From assembly GCF_009914755.1 (NCBI RefSeq), contig NC_060930.1: a stretch of DNA of 64,000 nucleotides. One strand, written 5' to 3'. The translations under genes were made by a program, and so were the position numbers. Under the pieces are notes generated by a model, which saw only the letters and a program-made list of their open reading frames with translations, did not search any database and had not been told where the DNA came from. Origin of the DNA: the human T2T-CHM13v2.0 reference genome, Homo sapiens. Numbering within the stretch: position 1 is the first letter of the stretch; each line of letters begins with the position of its first letter. Shown here piece after piece: positions 27,891 through 42,120 of the stretch.

Positions 27891-28958
27891 CTCTATATAT
27901 ATATATTTTTTTTTCTTGTCATTTCATATGTGCCCATTTATTTTGGGGAAAAACATACCTACGTGTTCCCTTAATTATTTGCCATCCTTCACTTGGTGTG
28001 TTCTCTGGCGATGAAGAGAGAGACAGAGAGAGAGGGAGGACCACCAACATGAGAGTGCAAACAGCAAAAACCTTCCCTGCCTCTCTTTTTAGACATATGA
28101 GTCTACCTCAAAAATATGGCTTGGCATAAAACAAAACAGTATTTCTGTGCACAGGTTTTAATATCATAATTACTATAAAGAATTTTTATGCTATTTTCAT
28201 TAAATTCGCATTATATGCAAGGGATATAATAATAAATAAACGCAGCCATTTCTGTCAAGGCACCTGCAGAATTTCAAATTTATTTCCATGTCATTCTTGG
28301 GAAAAGATACTATGTCATTCTAACCATTTCATTTTTTTTAAAATGGACATACTGAAGGTGCTAAACAAATTATTGATCAAGTGGCATTGGGAATTACCTA
28401 ATTCAGAGATGCAAGGTTGAAAGATTCTAGAGGAACTTCTTAGAGTAATTGTTTCTGAGTTTGAAATCTTTAGAGTTTTATTCATCAGAATTGAGTCCTC
28501 TTCTGCACAAACAGGAATAATAATGCAGATTGATGGAGTGGGTGATGAAGTGCCAGAACTGATACCTTGTTGAATCTCTATTTGTGGAGTATCTGAATAG
28601 CTGCCCTCCCACGTGTGTGCAGATAAGACCCACACACAATGTGTGCAGACACATTCCACTTGGAAACTAATATTTTCAAATGCCTGCTCATGTTTTTTGC
28701 TGTGTCCTCTTTGTCTAAGGTTATGGAATTATTTTTCTTTTAGTAAGTTTTGTTATTTAACTGCTTCACAAATATCTTCTCCCAATTTGTTGTGTTTTAA
28801 CTTTGCTTATGATGCCTTGTCTTATAGAAAATAATAAAAATTTAATCTACCATACTTACCATATATTTCTATAGATACACACATGAAAACTATTTGGAAA
28901 AATTTCAGGTTATTTGCTATTTGAGTGATACAGTCTATATAGTCTATATCAATATAGT

Positions 28959-29000
28959 CAATATAGTCTATATCTTGTTTATCTGTATTACTTTCAGGAT
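28959..29000 (+). repeat. 42-bp direct repeat, copy A (copy B at 29276-29317)
   Basis: caatatagtct(a/g)tatcttgtttatctgtattacttt(c/t)aggat, 40/42 identical. Confidence 0.95.
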
Positions 29001-29005
29001 ACAGA

Positions 29006-29162
29006 TAACGTTTTATTCTCCTTCTAACAAGCCATTTTTCTTTTCCAGACAGACATTTGAAAACAATTCTTAGAAAAAAAAAATTGTCTCTAGAGCGTCA
29101 TCTGGAAACTGCCCTGTTTGCTGTCCTAAATGTACAGCCTGATTCTGCAAAATATTACCTAG
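29006..29162 (+). repeat. ~157-bp dispersed direct repeat, copy 1 (copy 2 at 31566-31723)
   Basis: Manual alignment gives 11 substitutions and 1 indel (~92% identity). Confidence 0.96.
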
Positions 29163-30609
29163 GGAGATAGGGAAAAGGGACTTGTTGGGAGATTTTGTCT
29201 GTCATGTTTTATTTTATTATATTGAAAATCTGAGGCAAATGGGCAAAATGTAGTATTTTTTAAAACTGATGTTAGCAATATAGTCTGTATCTTGTTTATC
29301 TGTATTACTTTTAGGATTTATTATATATTAAGTCTGTGGATAATATATAACGTTTACACAGGTAGGTTAGGTGATGGTAGTTGCCCTTCCACTGCATCTC
29401 TGCAACTGGGGCTGTTTCAATCAGGCAAGAGTGAAGTGGAGAGAGTTGGAGGGGATCAGAAAGATGTGGGGGAGCACATTTGTGACTCAGCACTGCCCAC
29501 TGTAATCAATTCAGGGATCTCAATTCTAGCTTCTTTAATTTATCCTGTCAAATGTAGTTCTTTCTAATTAAGGATATAGCCTGTAAATAAAGTGGTGACA
29601 AAAGAGAAAAGAGACAAGGACTTTCAAAGGTAACTCTTTAAGGAGGACCTTTGAGAATCCACAGAGTAAAATATCATGTTTTTCTGAGAATGTGATGATA
29701 CACATTTTACATTCACTGCAAAGTGACACAAATAAAATCTAGAGGGAATAAAGGTAAATATTGGCTGGAGATGTTTGTCCTCTTCTGAGGAAATATGATT
29801 GACATATCTGAAGAGTAATATCAAGGACCTGAAGTCACACATAACGCCAAGCAAAGAAAAGAAAAGTTAGATTTAAAGAGCAAGAAAACGAAATTATACT
29901 GCTAATTTGACATATCAAGGTTGATCACCAGATATGATGCAAAGGACCAGGCAGCAAACTGAAAGTAAATAAACATTGTTCCTTTTGGAATGAACTTGAG
30001 TGAAAATAAAGGTGAGATGAACTAAAATAAACTTTATGGTAATGTGCTTGTATATTATAGAACAAAAGACAAAATAACGTTCCTCCATTTAAGAACTGTA
30101 ACAAGAGTATAAATATGAAGAAATGTACTTTGTTTACTAACTTAACATTCACTTTGGCTCACAATAAGTTTCCATCTGTAATGGTTATTTTATTTTTCAG
30201 ATGGATTTATACATCTTGGTGATAGCAAAGCACTTAACGCACAGCTTTTGTTGTTAGGCTCTATAACAATCTTTTTTCTCCTATTTGGTTTTTCGAATAA
30301 AGTTTAAAAATTTGCTCCTTCAACTTTTCACTCCATCTAATCCATATAATTTTCTTCAAGGCTAAATAACACTTGAAGGTGGACAAAAGAAACCCAGCTT
30401 GTCATAATTCAGGAAGGTGATCAAAAGGAGCCAGGTGCTCCCTTAGCCTTTGATTACTTACACACAGTTCAATATCTGAGTAAGGGAGTACTTTGCTTTG
30501 TGTCCTTAGATTCCATTAGTGACTCATGACAAGAGAAACCAATTTTGGGTAACACGAGCAGGAAATAGAGATGTCCGGCTCGACTACATCTTTTTAATTA
30601 TAGAAATGA

Positions 30610-30613
<4 letters not shown>

Positions 30614-30645
<32 letters not shown>
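30614..30645 (+). repeat. (GT)16 microsatellite
   Basis: Read directly. Confidence 0.97.
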
Positions 30646-30648
<3 letters not shown>

Positions 30649-31565
30649 GCTTAACAGTCAGCCTATTAAATAGCTAAGACTGGTCTTTACTAAAATAGTA
30701 GACTTTAAGTTATTGTGTATCAGGCTTTGGAAAACTTTCAAAAGAACAAACCATTAAGTGGTGTGGAGTAGGAAGATAAAGGACTTTCAGAAACAGGGGT
30801 TTCAGTTCATCTTATGGGAGCCTGATGATTACTTGACATAAGCGTTCTTCCAAGTTCACCATTAAAGGTTTTACAATAGTTTTCAATGTGGAAGGCAAAA
30901 GTGAAATATATGATAATATTTCTGAGCCATTAAGATAAAGAAACAGGAAATTGAAAGTTGAAAATGAACAAAATGGGGGACAATTGAGAGAAAACGATGG
31001 ATTCTGTTAGCTGGTACACTTTTGTCCCCATAGATTACTAAAAGGACCTTAAATAGTTATTTAGTTGAGACTTATACCTAGGAAATACTTTGTCAAGGAA
31101 ATTCTGCTTCTAGAAATAGGAAATGATGGAAAATAGCAGTAGTGCTTAAGAAATCGTTCTCTGAAGTTTCTTGCTTTACATGAAAAAGTGAGCTTTGCTG
31201 ATGTCAAGGAAGAATGTACACTGGAAAGTGAGAAAAGATGGAAATGAATCCTGGGAAGAAAATGGAACCTATTATTTTCCTATTGTGACATGGTTTAGAA
31301 AAATATCATTTAAATCATACTCCTCCTGAGTAAAGAATTGTCTAATTCTACATTTGATACAGTATGTAGTGTATACTTGGCATTCAATCAATGCTTTTGA
31401 ATATAGATAATAAAAATGTCCCTTTTCCTGCAGTGCAAAGTACAAATTGGATGGAAGGACAAAATTCTCTCATCTTTTCACCAGTGATGTTCACGAGTGA
31501 CCACTGATCTTCATCTGAAAGTATTAAAGTATTCCCTTCATAACCTTTTAATTCCCAAAGGGCCT

Positions 31566-31723
31566 TAACCTTTTATCCTCCTTCTAACAAGCCATTTTTC
31601 TTTTCCAAACGGACATTTGAAAACAATTCTTAGAAAAAAAAAATTTGTCTCTAGAGCATCATCTGGAAACCACCCTGTTTGCCATCCTAAATGTAAAGCT
31701 TGATTCTGCAAAATATTACCTAG
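31566..31723 (+). repeat. ~157-bp dispersed direct repeat, copy 2
   Basis: Matches 29006-29162; offset 2560 bp. Confidence 0.96.
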
Positions 31724-32619
31724 CCACCCAACTACTTCAAAGTTTAAATGCCACGACAATACGTGTTAACTCCTCCAATCAAAAGGGGCTTCACAGGGCT
31801 TCCAAACACTGTTTTGTTTTCCCTGCCAATCATCTGAACAATACTATTGTCAGTCATATTAATTTAGACAAATCTTTTCAAGATGAATGGGTGGAGCAAA
31901 CCCAGGCAAACAGACTGGGATTAGCTCTCTCCCTCTCAAAATAACCAGAAAGAGCAAAGATGCAATTAACAAAACAATAAATGTGTCTCAGCATACATCC
32001 CTGCCTTAGTATTCCAGCAGATAGATGGAAATTATGCCAGGGCAGAGAGGCCAGGCATGTCTTCTCTGAAGCTGAACTTATGCTGCACTAAGGAGGACAA
32101 TGTAGAAAACATGCATGTTTTTACACCTTTGGAAGCCACTCTCAGTGACAAGATAACCTTTCTTACCTCTTTTGGTTGGTCTTTATTCTGGTGCTCAGTG
32201 TTGGCATTGTGTGTTTTAAATCCACTTTTCATTGTTTATAATAATTTTCTCACCTCTTTCCAAACTATACCTAAATGTGACTAGACTATATTTCTAGAGC
32301 ATAGCCTCCACTCTACTTCCTCTGGCTGATGGCTGAAATGCTTTTCCCCACAGTACATGGAATCAAATATATTCCTCAAGAACCAGTTCAGATGTCAGCC
32401 CTCCCTAATATCCCCAACATGCTGTTCTTGCTCTTCCTTCTCTGGCACCCAGTTTGATTGTCTCTTATGTGTGCATCTTATGTGTACTATTTCCATCCAT
32501 ATTTTCTGCTAAACTACAAGATCCTCTATTACACAGAACTTGACTAAATATTTATTTCATATTCTGTATGTTGTAGCTCATCACTTTGAACATAGTAGAC
32601 TTTTGATAAAAGAACACAT

Positions 32620-32870
32620 TCATAATAGTAGAGTTTACACTCAGATGTCTAATTTATACCTCATACCCTTCTAATATATAATGATGCATATAATCACCAC
32701 GAAACTAAAAGCTTTATTCTGTTATTACCTCTATTTTACACACAAAAAGAGATCAGCAGCACACAAAGATTAAAGAACTTGCCCAAGCTCATGCATATAT
32801 TAAATGGCAAAGCCAGCCTTCAAACCCAGGCATCCCGATTCAAGCATCCACACTCTTATCTCCGATCCTC
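32620..32870 (-). mobile_element. MIR, adjacent to L2 3' fragments
   Basis: 'agattaaagaacttgcccaagctcatgc...aaatggcaaagccagccttcaaacccaggc'. Confidence 0.75.
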
Positions 32871-32959
32871 TCTTACATCTTGTATTTGAAGCAATGAATA
32901 AATGAATGAACAAAATTTATGTATATTACTATTTTAATATACTTTTACTATTTAAATTC

Positions 32960-34250
32960 TCCTTCCTTTCACAAGAAACTGTCCTTGTATGTGACAAATA
33001 ATTTTTCTCTTGCTGCTTTCACAATTCTTTCTTTGTCTTTGACTTTAGACAGTTTGATCATTATGTGTCTTGGTGTGGTTCTTTTTGAGTTTATTTTAGT
33101 TGGAGTTTTTTAAGCTTTTTAAATCAATATATTCATTTCCTCTTATATTTGAGAAGTGTTGGACATTATTTCTTCAAATAATCCCTGTGTTTCTTTCTTT
33201 CTTTTCCTTCTGAGACTCCCATAATGTATATATTGGTCCCCTTGATATTATCTCATAAGTTTCTTATACTCCCTTACATTTTTTTCATTCTTTTTCCTTT
33301 TTGCTCCTCTGACTCAATTTTAAATAACCTGCCTTCAAGGTTGGCAATTTTTTTTTCTCCCCAATTAGCTCTGATGTCGAACTCCTCTAGTAATTTTTTC
33401 AGTTCAGTTATTAAATTTTTAGATACAGAATTTCTGTTTGCTTTTCTGCTTTTCTTTTTAACAGTTTCTATCTCTTTGTTGATATTCTCAGTTTTTTCAT
33501 GTGTCATTTTTCGATCATCTTCATTTATCTATTTGTGTTTCTCTCTAGCTCATTAGACATCTTTATCTGCATTTCTTTAGGATCCATTTCTGGAGTTTTA
33601 ATTTGATCTGTCAATTGAACAATGTTTCCCTATTCCTTTGTGTGCTTTATTATATTTTTATTTTTGGTTTTAATTTTTGCCAGGATTTCAGCATTCAAAG
33701 AAACGATCATCTCTTTCCATCTATGTGTACTGGATTCTTACAGCTGAATACCTTCACCTATCAGCTCAGCTAGAATTTTTTTCAAACCTTTCCAAATCTC
33801 CTGTTCTCCCTGGCTTCTACCTATGGGACTGCAGCTCTAATGTGCTGTTCACCTCCGTTTCAAACAGCTTCCAAACTCTACACTGATTCTGCCAGCACTC
33901 TGACAGGCAGGACTCAAGCCGTTCCCTCAGGTAGCCCTCAGACAAATCTAAACCTTGGACACAAGATCAACTCTTTCATTTCCCTCCCAGCGGAGGAGCT
34001 CTTGTATGCAGAATTTCATCCTGGTTGCTTCCTCAATGCCACATAAAAGGAAGGACACAATTGGGTGGTCCAAATGTCTGAATATTCTACCCCTCTTGCT
34101 GAAAACCCTTTTTGGTTTTACAATAGCCAGGTGCTAAATCTTTTCAAGTGGTTGCTAGAGTTCTCATAGAGTTAGTTTAGTCCATATATTGTTCCTAACT
34201 CCATGTCTCTGTGGGAAAATCCTAGTCTACTCTCTTGACTCAAACATATT
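32960..34250 (-). mobile_element. Ancient L1M ORF1/5' region
   Basis: ORF 33274..33507 (ENINKEIETVKK...ITELKKLLEEFDIR...EKKIANLEGRLFKI...EEQKGKRMKK) resembles the ORF1p coiled coil. 'ttttctcttgctgctttc...ctttgactttagacagtttgatcattatgtgtcttgg' is typical antisense L1M ORF1. Confidence 0.85.
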
Positions 34251-35589
34251 ACTTTATATTTTGGTTTTGTGTAACGAAAACCCTCTATTTTGCTACATCA
34301 AGTAGCATTTTTAATAGGCAAACGTTACTGGATTTTACCCACTGACAAGACCATGCAAAATATCAACAAATCACAATTTCCATTTTTGGGTTCTTTTCTA
34401 TGTTAAGAAATTACATTGCAGAATTACTTTGGCTATGGGATGAAGAACCTCCAGTGTATAAGGAACGGCATACCAATATTTAAATTTCATTTTGAACCTG
34501 ATATGAAACCAAACATTGGACATAATAGGATTTGTAGACTGCATATATTATAAATTTGTTGCAGTAATATTTTAGAATTTCTTTATTGGTTTTTGTCATG
34601 TGAGAAATTGCCTCATTGCAATAATAGCCTCCAACTATGCTATCAGGCCAATTACCACAGTGAAAAACAAGGAACAAGAAAAGAGGGTAGGTTAACATAC
34701 TTACAGTATGGTATAAATGGGTAAGAAACACATTGCCTGTGTTCTTAATCTCTCTCTCCCATGCAAATCTTCTCCCCCAGTCGTGTGGTTATGAGTATCA
34801 GAGTTGAGGTTTGAGTTGAGGGCTTTTAATAAGGTCAGAAGTGCCAGGGACCAATTGAAGCCTTTTCTGTGCAGAGAGATGGAGGGACAAGTAGCTTGAC
34901 ATGAGCAGCTATGAGTTTTATTTGAAGAAGATGCATGGAACTGTAATGAGTGTCATCAATGAAAAACCCAATTAAATCTCCTGCATATTGAGTAACTACA
35001 GTGTGTCATATATTAATATAGTATTTTATGAATATATGCTGTCTCTTAAATACTTAGTAAATCATGGTTATTTCATGTCTACTTGATTTTTCTTTCCATT
35101 TCTATTTTCATACACATGCTTGTCTTACTTTAGCTATGTATAGCATCTCACAGGTTATTAACTTACTTATTTCTTATCATTTTTAGTTATATTTATCCCA
35201 TTTCCTTTCTTGACTTTTATAAGAATTGTATATTCTCAATAAGTACCATAAATGTTCATAAAAGTTAGTGGTGGTGGTGGTGGTGGTGTAATAATGTTTT
35301 TTGCTATCTCAAAAAGAACTAGTCACTGAGATAATTAGCAAGGAGAAGGGGAATTTTCACGAGTTCTTAAGCAAGTTCAGTTAAGAAATGGGACCCAGAC
35401 AGGACAGCAGCATGACTCCTCCTTTTAAACATTTGTTTTCAGACCCCTCCCTGCTCTATATTAACAAATTATACTCCTTCTGCCCAATGCACACATCATG
35501 TTTCCTCTCCCAGCAGCATTCACTGGATCTGAACTTTGGCCAGACTTGAAGCCTCACTTACCAGGGACTTAGAAGGAAGTGAAAATGGT

Positions 35590-35830
35590 GAGGACAGTTA
35601 ATAGTTTTTAAATCACTAGAACTTATCAGTCAAGATCTTGTGATGTTATCTTAAGTCTTTACAACTACCTTAAGAATACAAAAAAAAAGTTTTCATTTGT
35701 AGATTTAAAAAATATATATAAATTTACTTGCTTTAGGTCACATAATTACAAAGAAATTTAGCCAATATTGAAATGAGAAGTCACTAATACCAAATGCTAT
35801 GCTCTTTCTGTCACTCTTCTCATAGATTTC
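35590..35830 (-). mobile_element. Degraded MIR
   Basis: 'acaactaccttaag...tttcatttgtagat...acttgctttaggtcacata'. Confidence 0.55.
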
Positions 35831-38585
35831 TTATATGGTTACCGACTGAGCCTGTGTTGCAGCCCCTGGTTTTGAAATTATTTTCAACAGAAAGTATCTG
35901 CTACTCAGGATCTTTTTACAGAAGCAAAGTGAATCATTCTTTGTCTCATTTATTCAGGTTTATTCTCTGGTGAGATGGATGGTAATTAAATATATATCTG
36001 CCTGACAACATTACATTCATTTTTTTTCTCTCCAAGGAAACACGAAAACTAAATCCAATTGAAAGTTCTTTCTAAAAGTAATGCAGAGACATGAATGACA
36101 TATACATTCAGTGATATTATTATTTTCTTTCTGTCAATACACCATGCAGTTTTCAATGTACTATCTCAGAAAGACTAATCAGGATATAACCCCTCATCTT
36201 TTCCAAGAACTACAAAGCAAACCAAACATCAACTCATAAGTCAATCGAAATGCCAAAGCAATGAGTGTGGGCCTAGAAGTTCCAAAATTACTAGTTCCTA
36301 CTGCGACCTATACAATGGGTATCGTAAGAACCCCTCTATCTGCTTCACATGGCTGCTGTGGAGTTCCAATGAAATCATATAAGTGAAGGTAATTTATAAA
36401 GTGTAAATTATTACACAGAGAAGAACCGTATTTCTTGTAATGACATTCATTGCAACCATTTTACTTCCAAATAGACCCCACTGATGGCTAGCTACCATCT
36501 CAATGTTTTGTGCCCTGGGTCTTAGATGGTAGCAATGCTGTTTTCACTATAACCACATTTGATCAATAGCAATAAAGTTCCACCCTGCACAAAAGCATTT
36601 CTCCTATGGAAAAAAAAAAAATCTGCTTTTATCCATCTTATTGCTAAATACAACTTATTTTTGAATTGCTTATTTTTGGGGTCAATGTTTTATTCCACAG
36701 AATAATAACTACCCTAAAGTTACAAAAAAAAAAAAAAAACCCAGAAAATCCAAATGTTGATCTTGGTCATTAATTACTTCTCTGTGAAGACTAAATTATT
36801 TTCTATTAATTAAAGAATATGTGTACTGTGTACCTCCTTCATACCATAATCTGGACAGGAAGAGAAAAGAAATGTATGCCTTCAAATAATTCACTGTCTA
36901 GTTCAGGGATATGCCACTGCCCATTGGCACCAAGCCATGCCAACTACAGGAGAGGTCAGGGAAGAGAAACCCCTTTAAATCAGAATGTTCAACTCAGATA
37001 TTACTAGTTTACTGACAGAAAATTCCAAATTCTCATTTCTTTAAAGAACAAATACAAACTTTGTACATGTCACCAAAACTTCTTATATAACATTTACAAT
37101 TCTACCACAAAGCATAAAATTTTTGCATTTATTCATTCATTTAGTAATAATTCATTGAGCACCTACTATATACCAGCCTCTCATCTAAGATCTTGGGATA
37201 AAAAGAAACATAATATACACTCCTCTGTTTTTTTAAACATACCATAGTATAACGCTTTTATGCAAAAGGAATTAGTATTGAAATAATACACAGGAATGTC
37301 TATTTTTCAAAAAGTGTTACTTTTCATATAAATAGAAGACATTGCTATGATTAAATAATTAGGTCATGCAGAAATTTTCACTGATAGAATTGGTATAATC
37401 AGATTAGCAAAAATACATTTATTAAGGAAAATGAAACCAGACATTATAATAGCACTTGTTGAAATACCTGCTATTCTTTTGTTTAGCCTTAGATTGTAGT
37501 TAAAATTAAAAAGTCTTTGAAAGTTATCTAAAATACTCAAATTTTGAGACCAGGGAGACTCAGTCTAAGTTGCTAAGCCTGGTCAGATTAATTACTATAA
37601 AAGTAAACCCAGAAATCAATCATTTTTTTAAAAAATAAATCAACTCCATTTAGAAAAGTTTTATTGGCACTCTCAACTACAAACCACTTTAGCTCTAAAG
37701 ATGTTTACTGACAAATTACTTTCTATACCTAACTTTAAGCTTTTAAAAAGTTAAAAGACTCTATTATATTACAATTCAGTGTGATTTAGAAATCTGTGTT
37801 TCCTACTATAAATAATCAACATTTCTTTTTGGCAGGTTTGCTTTTCTTTTGGGTTGAATTTAAATTCCAACTATGTATCTCTTTATTATTATTTCATACT
37901 TGTTCATAGAAATCAGCCACAGAAGCACTTGCTATCCAGATGCTTAGAGAATGTGTACTGAGTACTCCTGGGCTTCCTAAATACTAGGTGCAGTGTTTGC
38001 TTATGCCTATGAGGGATAATGAATTTTTGGTTACTTTCAATTGCCTCATCATTGCCACTGTTAACTGGCCACATCAAATGCACATCCCCCATGGCTGCAG
38101 AATCCTGGAGAATATAACTTTCTTCCCACGTTCCATTAACTTGGGTAACTTCTTAGAACAGCTCCAGAGTTCAAATAAGCTTAAAATTCCTATCATCAAA
38201 TGGGCTAAAACAATGGTTGAAAATGACACTGAAACAGTCTCCTGAGAATGCATCCTCAGCCTGGTGGTCTGATTTCTCTATGTCACCATTTTGATGGTCT
38301 CACTAGAATGCAGTTCTGGGTAACCACCGGGGCAGTTAACACTGTAAAGAAACTGTCATCATTTGTTCTGGGCCTCATCTGAGATCCGCACCAACTCAAT
38401 TTCTCTTGGACATTTTCCTACTTTCAGATATGCCAATGGAAATAACTGGGGAGAATGAGGCCCAAACTGCCTCAATCTGCTGAATGGTTTTATGTATTAC
38501 TTTTCCTTATCTCTTTGTGTATGTGCTCTTAAACATTTAACAGTAGCTGTCTCCTTGTAAAGCAGGTCTTCTATAAAACTACTGA

Positions 38586-38925
<340 letters not shown>

Positions 38926-41099
38926 TTAATTAAATACATCACCAAAGGATTTAAAAATATATTACATTTTAAATGGCATAACTGGATGTTTGTTTACAAG
39001 CACCAAAGACATATCAAAAATACAGTTTACTGTTTAATGGCACCTAAAAGTGCCGTTTACGTTTATTAATGGGACCATTGACTTCCAATATCTAATTCAG
39101 GCACTGACATGTCAATAACAATATGTCCTAAATGTGGTTTGGGATACGGATAGAAACTCCACTAAACATTATTTATAATGGCAGGGAGCTTAGGTGTAGA
39201 CACACAGGTTGCAAACACAAAAGCAAGGTGAATAATACCTGCAAAAAGACGAGAGAAAAAAATCAATGCTCAAACACATGACAGTGCATGTTCCTCCACT
39301 CATGACTTTACATGGTATTGTTTGATGAAACATCTTATCCAAATTTTTGGCTTGTGCTACTAAAAATCTGATAAGAACAACTGAACAGATCTATTGTAGT
39401 GTATAATCAAGAAAAGTCCTCATATACACACAATTCTAAGATTCTAGGAGAAGTGAATGCAGTAATCATATACATATCTGGTTTTGGACATTCGATAAAG
39501 GGAAATTTTGGTGATGGACTGATAAGGGCCACCTGGAGAGGCAGCCAGGAAAATAGTGATCCAGTGATAAAACGGGAGAGAGTTGAATAATACAGAATAT
39601 GAAAAATTTAAAAGAGATTAAAAAACAGGGAAGCAAAAAACGAGTTTCTTTCTTGTGGCCAAAATACAAGGAAAATTTCAGTTTACATCAGCAATTTAAA
39701 TATCAGAATAGTGCTCTTTGAATTTTCCAGCCTTTGATTGATGGCTCTTTATTGCTAATTTTATTCACACGTCTAATGTTTTACAGGTGAGCAGAGATGG
39801 GTCAAAGGAGGGGACTGACGAAATAAAGCAAAGGCAGGTGAAAATAGTACCATTTGGCAACTTGTGTTTAACAACAAAAAGCAAGAATTAAGTACAACCT
39901 GGGGAAAGTTTTTAAAACCTGCTTCCAAAATTTCAGAGTAAGATGAATAAGTAGACTAGTGGCCCATAGCTTAACTGCAGATTAGGTAGTTTGAATCAAA
40001 TATGATAAAGAGAAGTAAGTATGTTCTTAGCTGCCATAAAGTACAGAAATTATTTTATACAAATGATTTTGCTTGTCTCCAACTACTTATAAGGGGAAAT
40101 AATCATGTTAAAAATTAGTAACACTTTATACCATCATACTTAAATTTTTTAATGAATTTTCTTGTAACTACTGCTCTGTATCTGCTACATAAAGGTATGG
40201 GGGAACATCCACTGCACTAAAGTCAACACATCTACAAATTGCTTTGCTTCTTTGTGAATGAACCACGTACAAGATTCTAGATTCTTTTGTGTTTGTTAAA
40301 GTCAGCATGATATGCGCAATTGTCAGCCTGATATATGATATGGATACAATTAAAAACAATAAAAAACAGGCTGGAGGCTGGGCAGTCTGGTGTAATATTT
40401 TATTGCCCAAATTTTTTTTGTGCTTTGGTATTTTAGAGAGATGTTGTACCCTACAAAGCCCTTTGCTCAGTGAGACAATGGGATGTGAGCAAAAATAATA
40501 GCAACAGCAAACTGAACTCTGAAGGTTGGCTTCATTTTAACCCAACTTTATGGTATATTGGTATTTCAATAAAATAATTGCTGAGTATAGGTTTCCTCAA
40601 CTGAATTTTGGAGTTGGGTTGCTATAATCAATTCCTCAAGAGGAGAAAAAAAATGTATTTATAGAGGTTTAATGCAGATTGTCACATGAACACAGAAATA
40701 GATCTTAGAGTTTTTCATTTTCCTTGAGCTACTATAACCAAGAAGAGAACATCTCCAGTGGCAAAAAAAAAAAAAAAAAAGAAATGCAAATTCATCATAG
40801 GCATAGTAGTTTTATATACAAAACAAACTGATTTTAAGCAAGAACATCTGTGCAAACAAGATTGTGAAAGGTAATTTCAAGGCTACAAAGGAAGAGAAGT
40901 ATGTTGATTGGATTTTAAAATAGACATATTAAATTTGCACACCTACTGAAATGTGAGGTGCATGACATAATTTAATAAGTTTTTTTGATGAAGATTTGCC
41001 AAACACCTAACTAGAAAAAAAAGGCTTTTTTTTTCCTTCTTTTCCAATTTTGATGTTAGGGAATATGTGACAAGTAAATAAATAAAAAGAAAATATGAA

Positions 41100-42120
41100 A
41101 ATGCTAATTTTTCAGTTTAGACATTTGCTTGAGAACCCACTATATGCTAAGCATATAAGCAGAAGATGTATTTTACTATCACTTGATTCCTTTCTCTAGA
41201 AAAGTATAATAAAGAAACATATAAGTAATTCATGGCATTTGTTGGGGAGAGGAAGTTACGGGTTTTCTGAAAACACAGATTGGGGCAGGTAAATTATGCC
41301 TCCAAAATCTGGAAGGTTCCCCACTGTAAACACTTTATTTTGAAAGAGGAGTCAAGGCTATTATATAAAGAAGATGCAGGTGGTTTCTAGGAGAAGTTCT
41401 GTATACAGAAACACAAAGGTATGAAACAGCAAAAATCTCTGTGAGAAACTGGAAGTGGCTGGTTATTCTGCTTTCTCTCAATATTCTTATTTCACATGGT
41501 ACAGAGAATGCTCACAGTAAATGTAAAGGCTGAAAAATGTAGAAAATGGAGGGCCCAATTCAGGCAGCACAAACATCTAACAGGAATGCAGAAAAAATGC
41601 CAGTGAGGGCAACTGAGAAGAAATGGTCAGAGAAGTAGGAATACATAAGAGAATTGTACCCCAGTAAGTCAGAGTAGAATAAGATGCATAAAAAGATGAA
41701 GTGCTCTATAGGGTCACATACTGCCGAAGGATCAAATAGATAAGAATAGAAGATCATAGCTGAATGTAAAAGTCAGAGGCCAGTGCTGGCCTTTAAAAAA
41801 GAGTCTCAATGAAGTATTGGTGCACAAAGTTAGATGGTAGGATATTGAAGAATGAATGGAAGGTGAGAAACTGCAGACTTACATTTGGGAGATAATGGAA
41901 TAGGTCAGGAGGGATTTGGGCATGTTAACATAATGTGGGGAACAGCCAGGGAGAGGAAAAAATATAAAACACAAGAGAAAGAGAGGGTGATTAATAGGAC
42001 CAGTTCCTTGTAGACGCTAGAAGGGATAATAGAAAATGTTTAACTGGAAGGGTCAGCAATGTGATGGAAGAAGGGGAAACTTCTGGACTTAAGAAGCAAG
42101 AGGCAGATTGCAGATGGGAT
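41100..42120 (-). mobile_element. Degraded L2
   Basis: Antisense L2 motifs 'gagaagaaatggtcagagaagtagga' and 'gaagaatgaatggaaggtgagaaa'. Confidence 0.6.

Noticed and set aside
28315-28659. 114-aa minus-strand ORF
   Set aside because: No recognisable domain or splice context; its length is compatible with chance.
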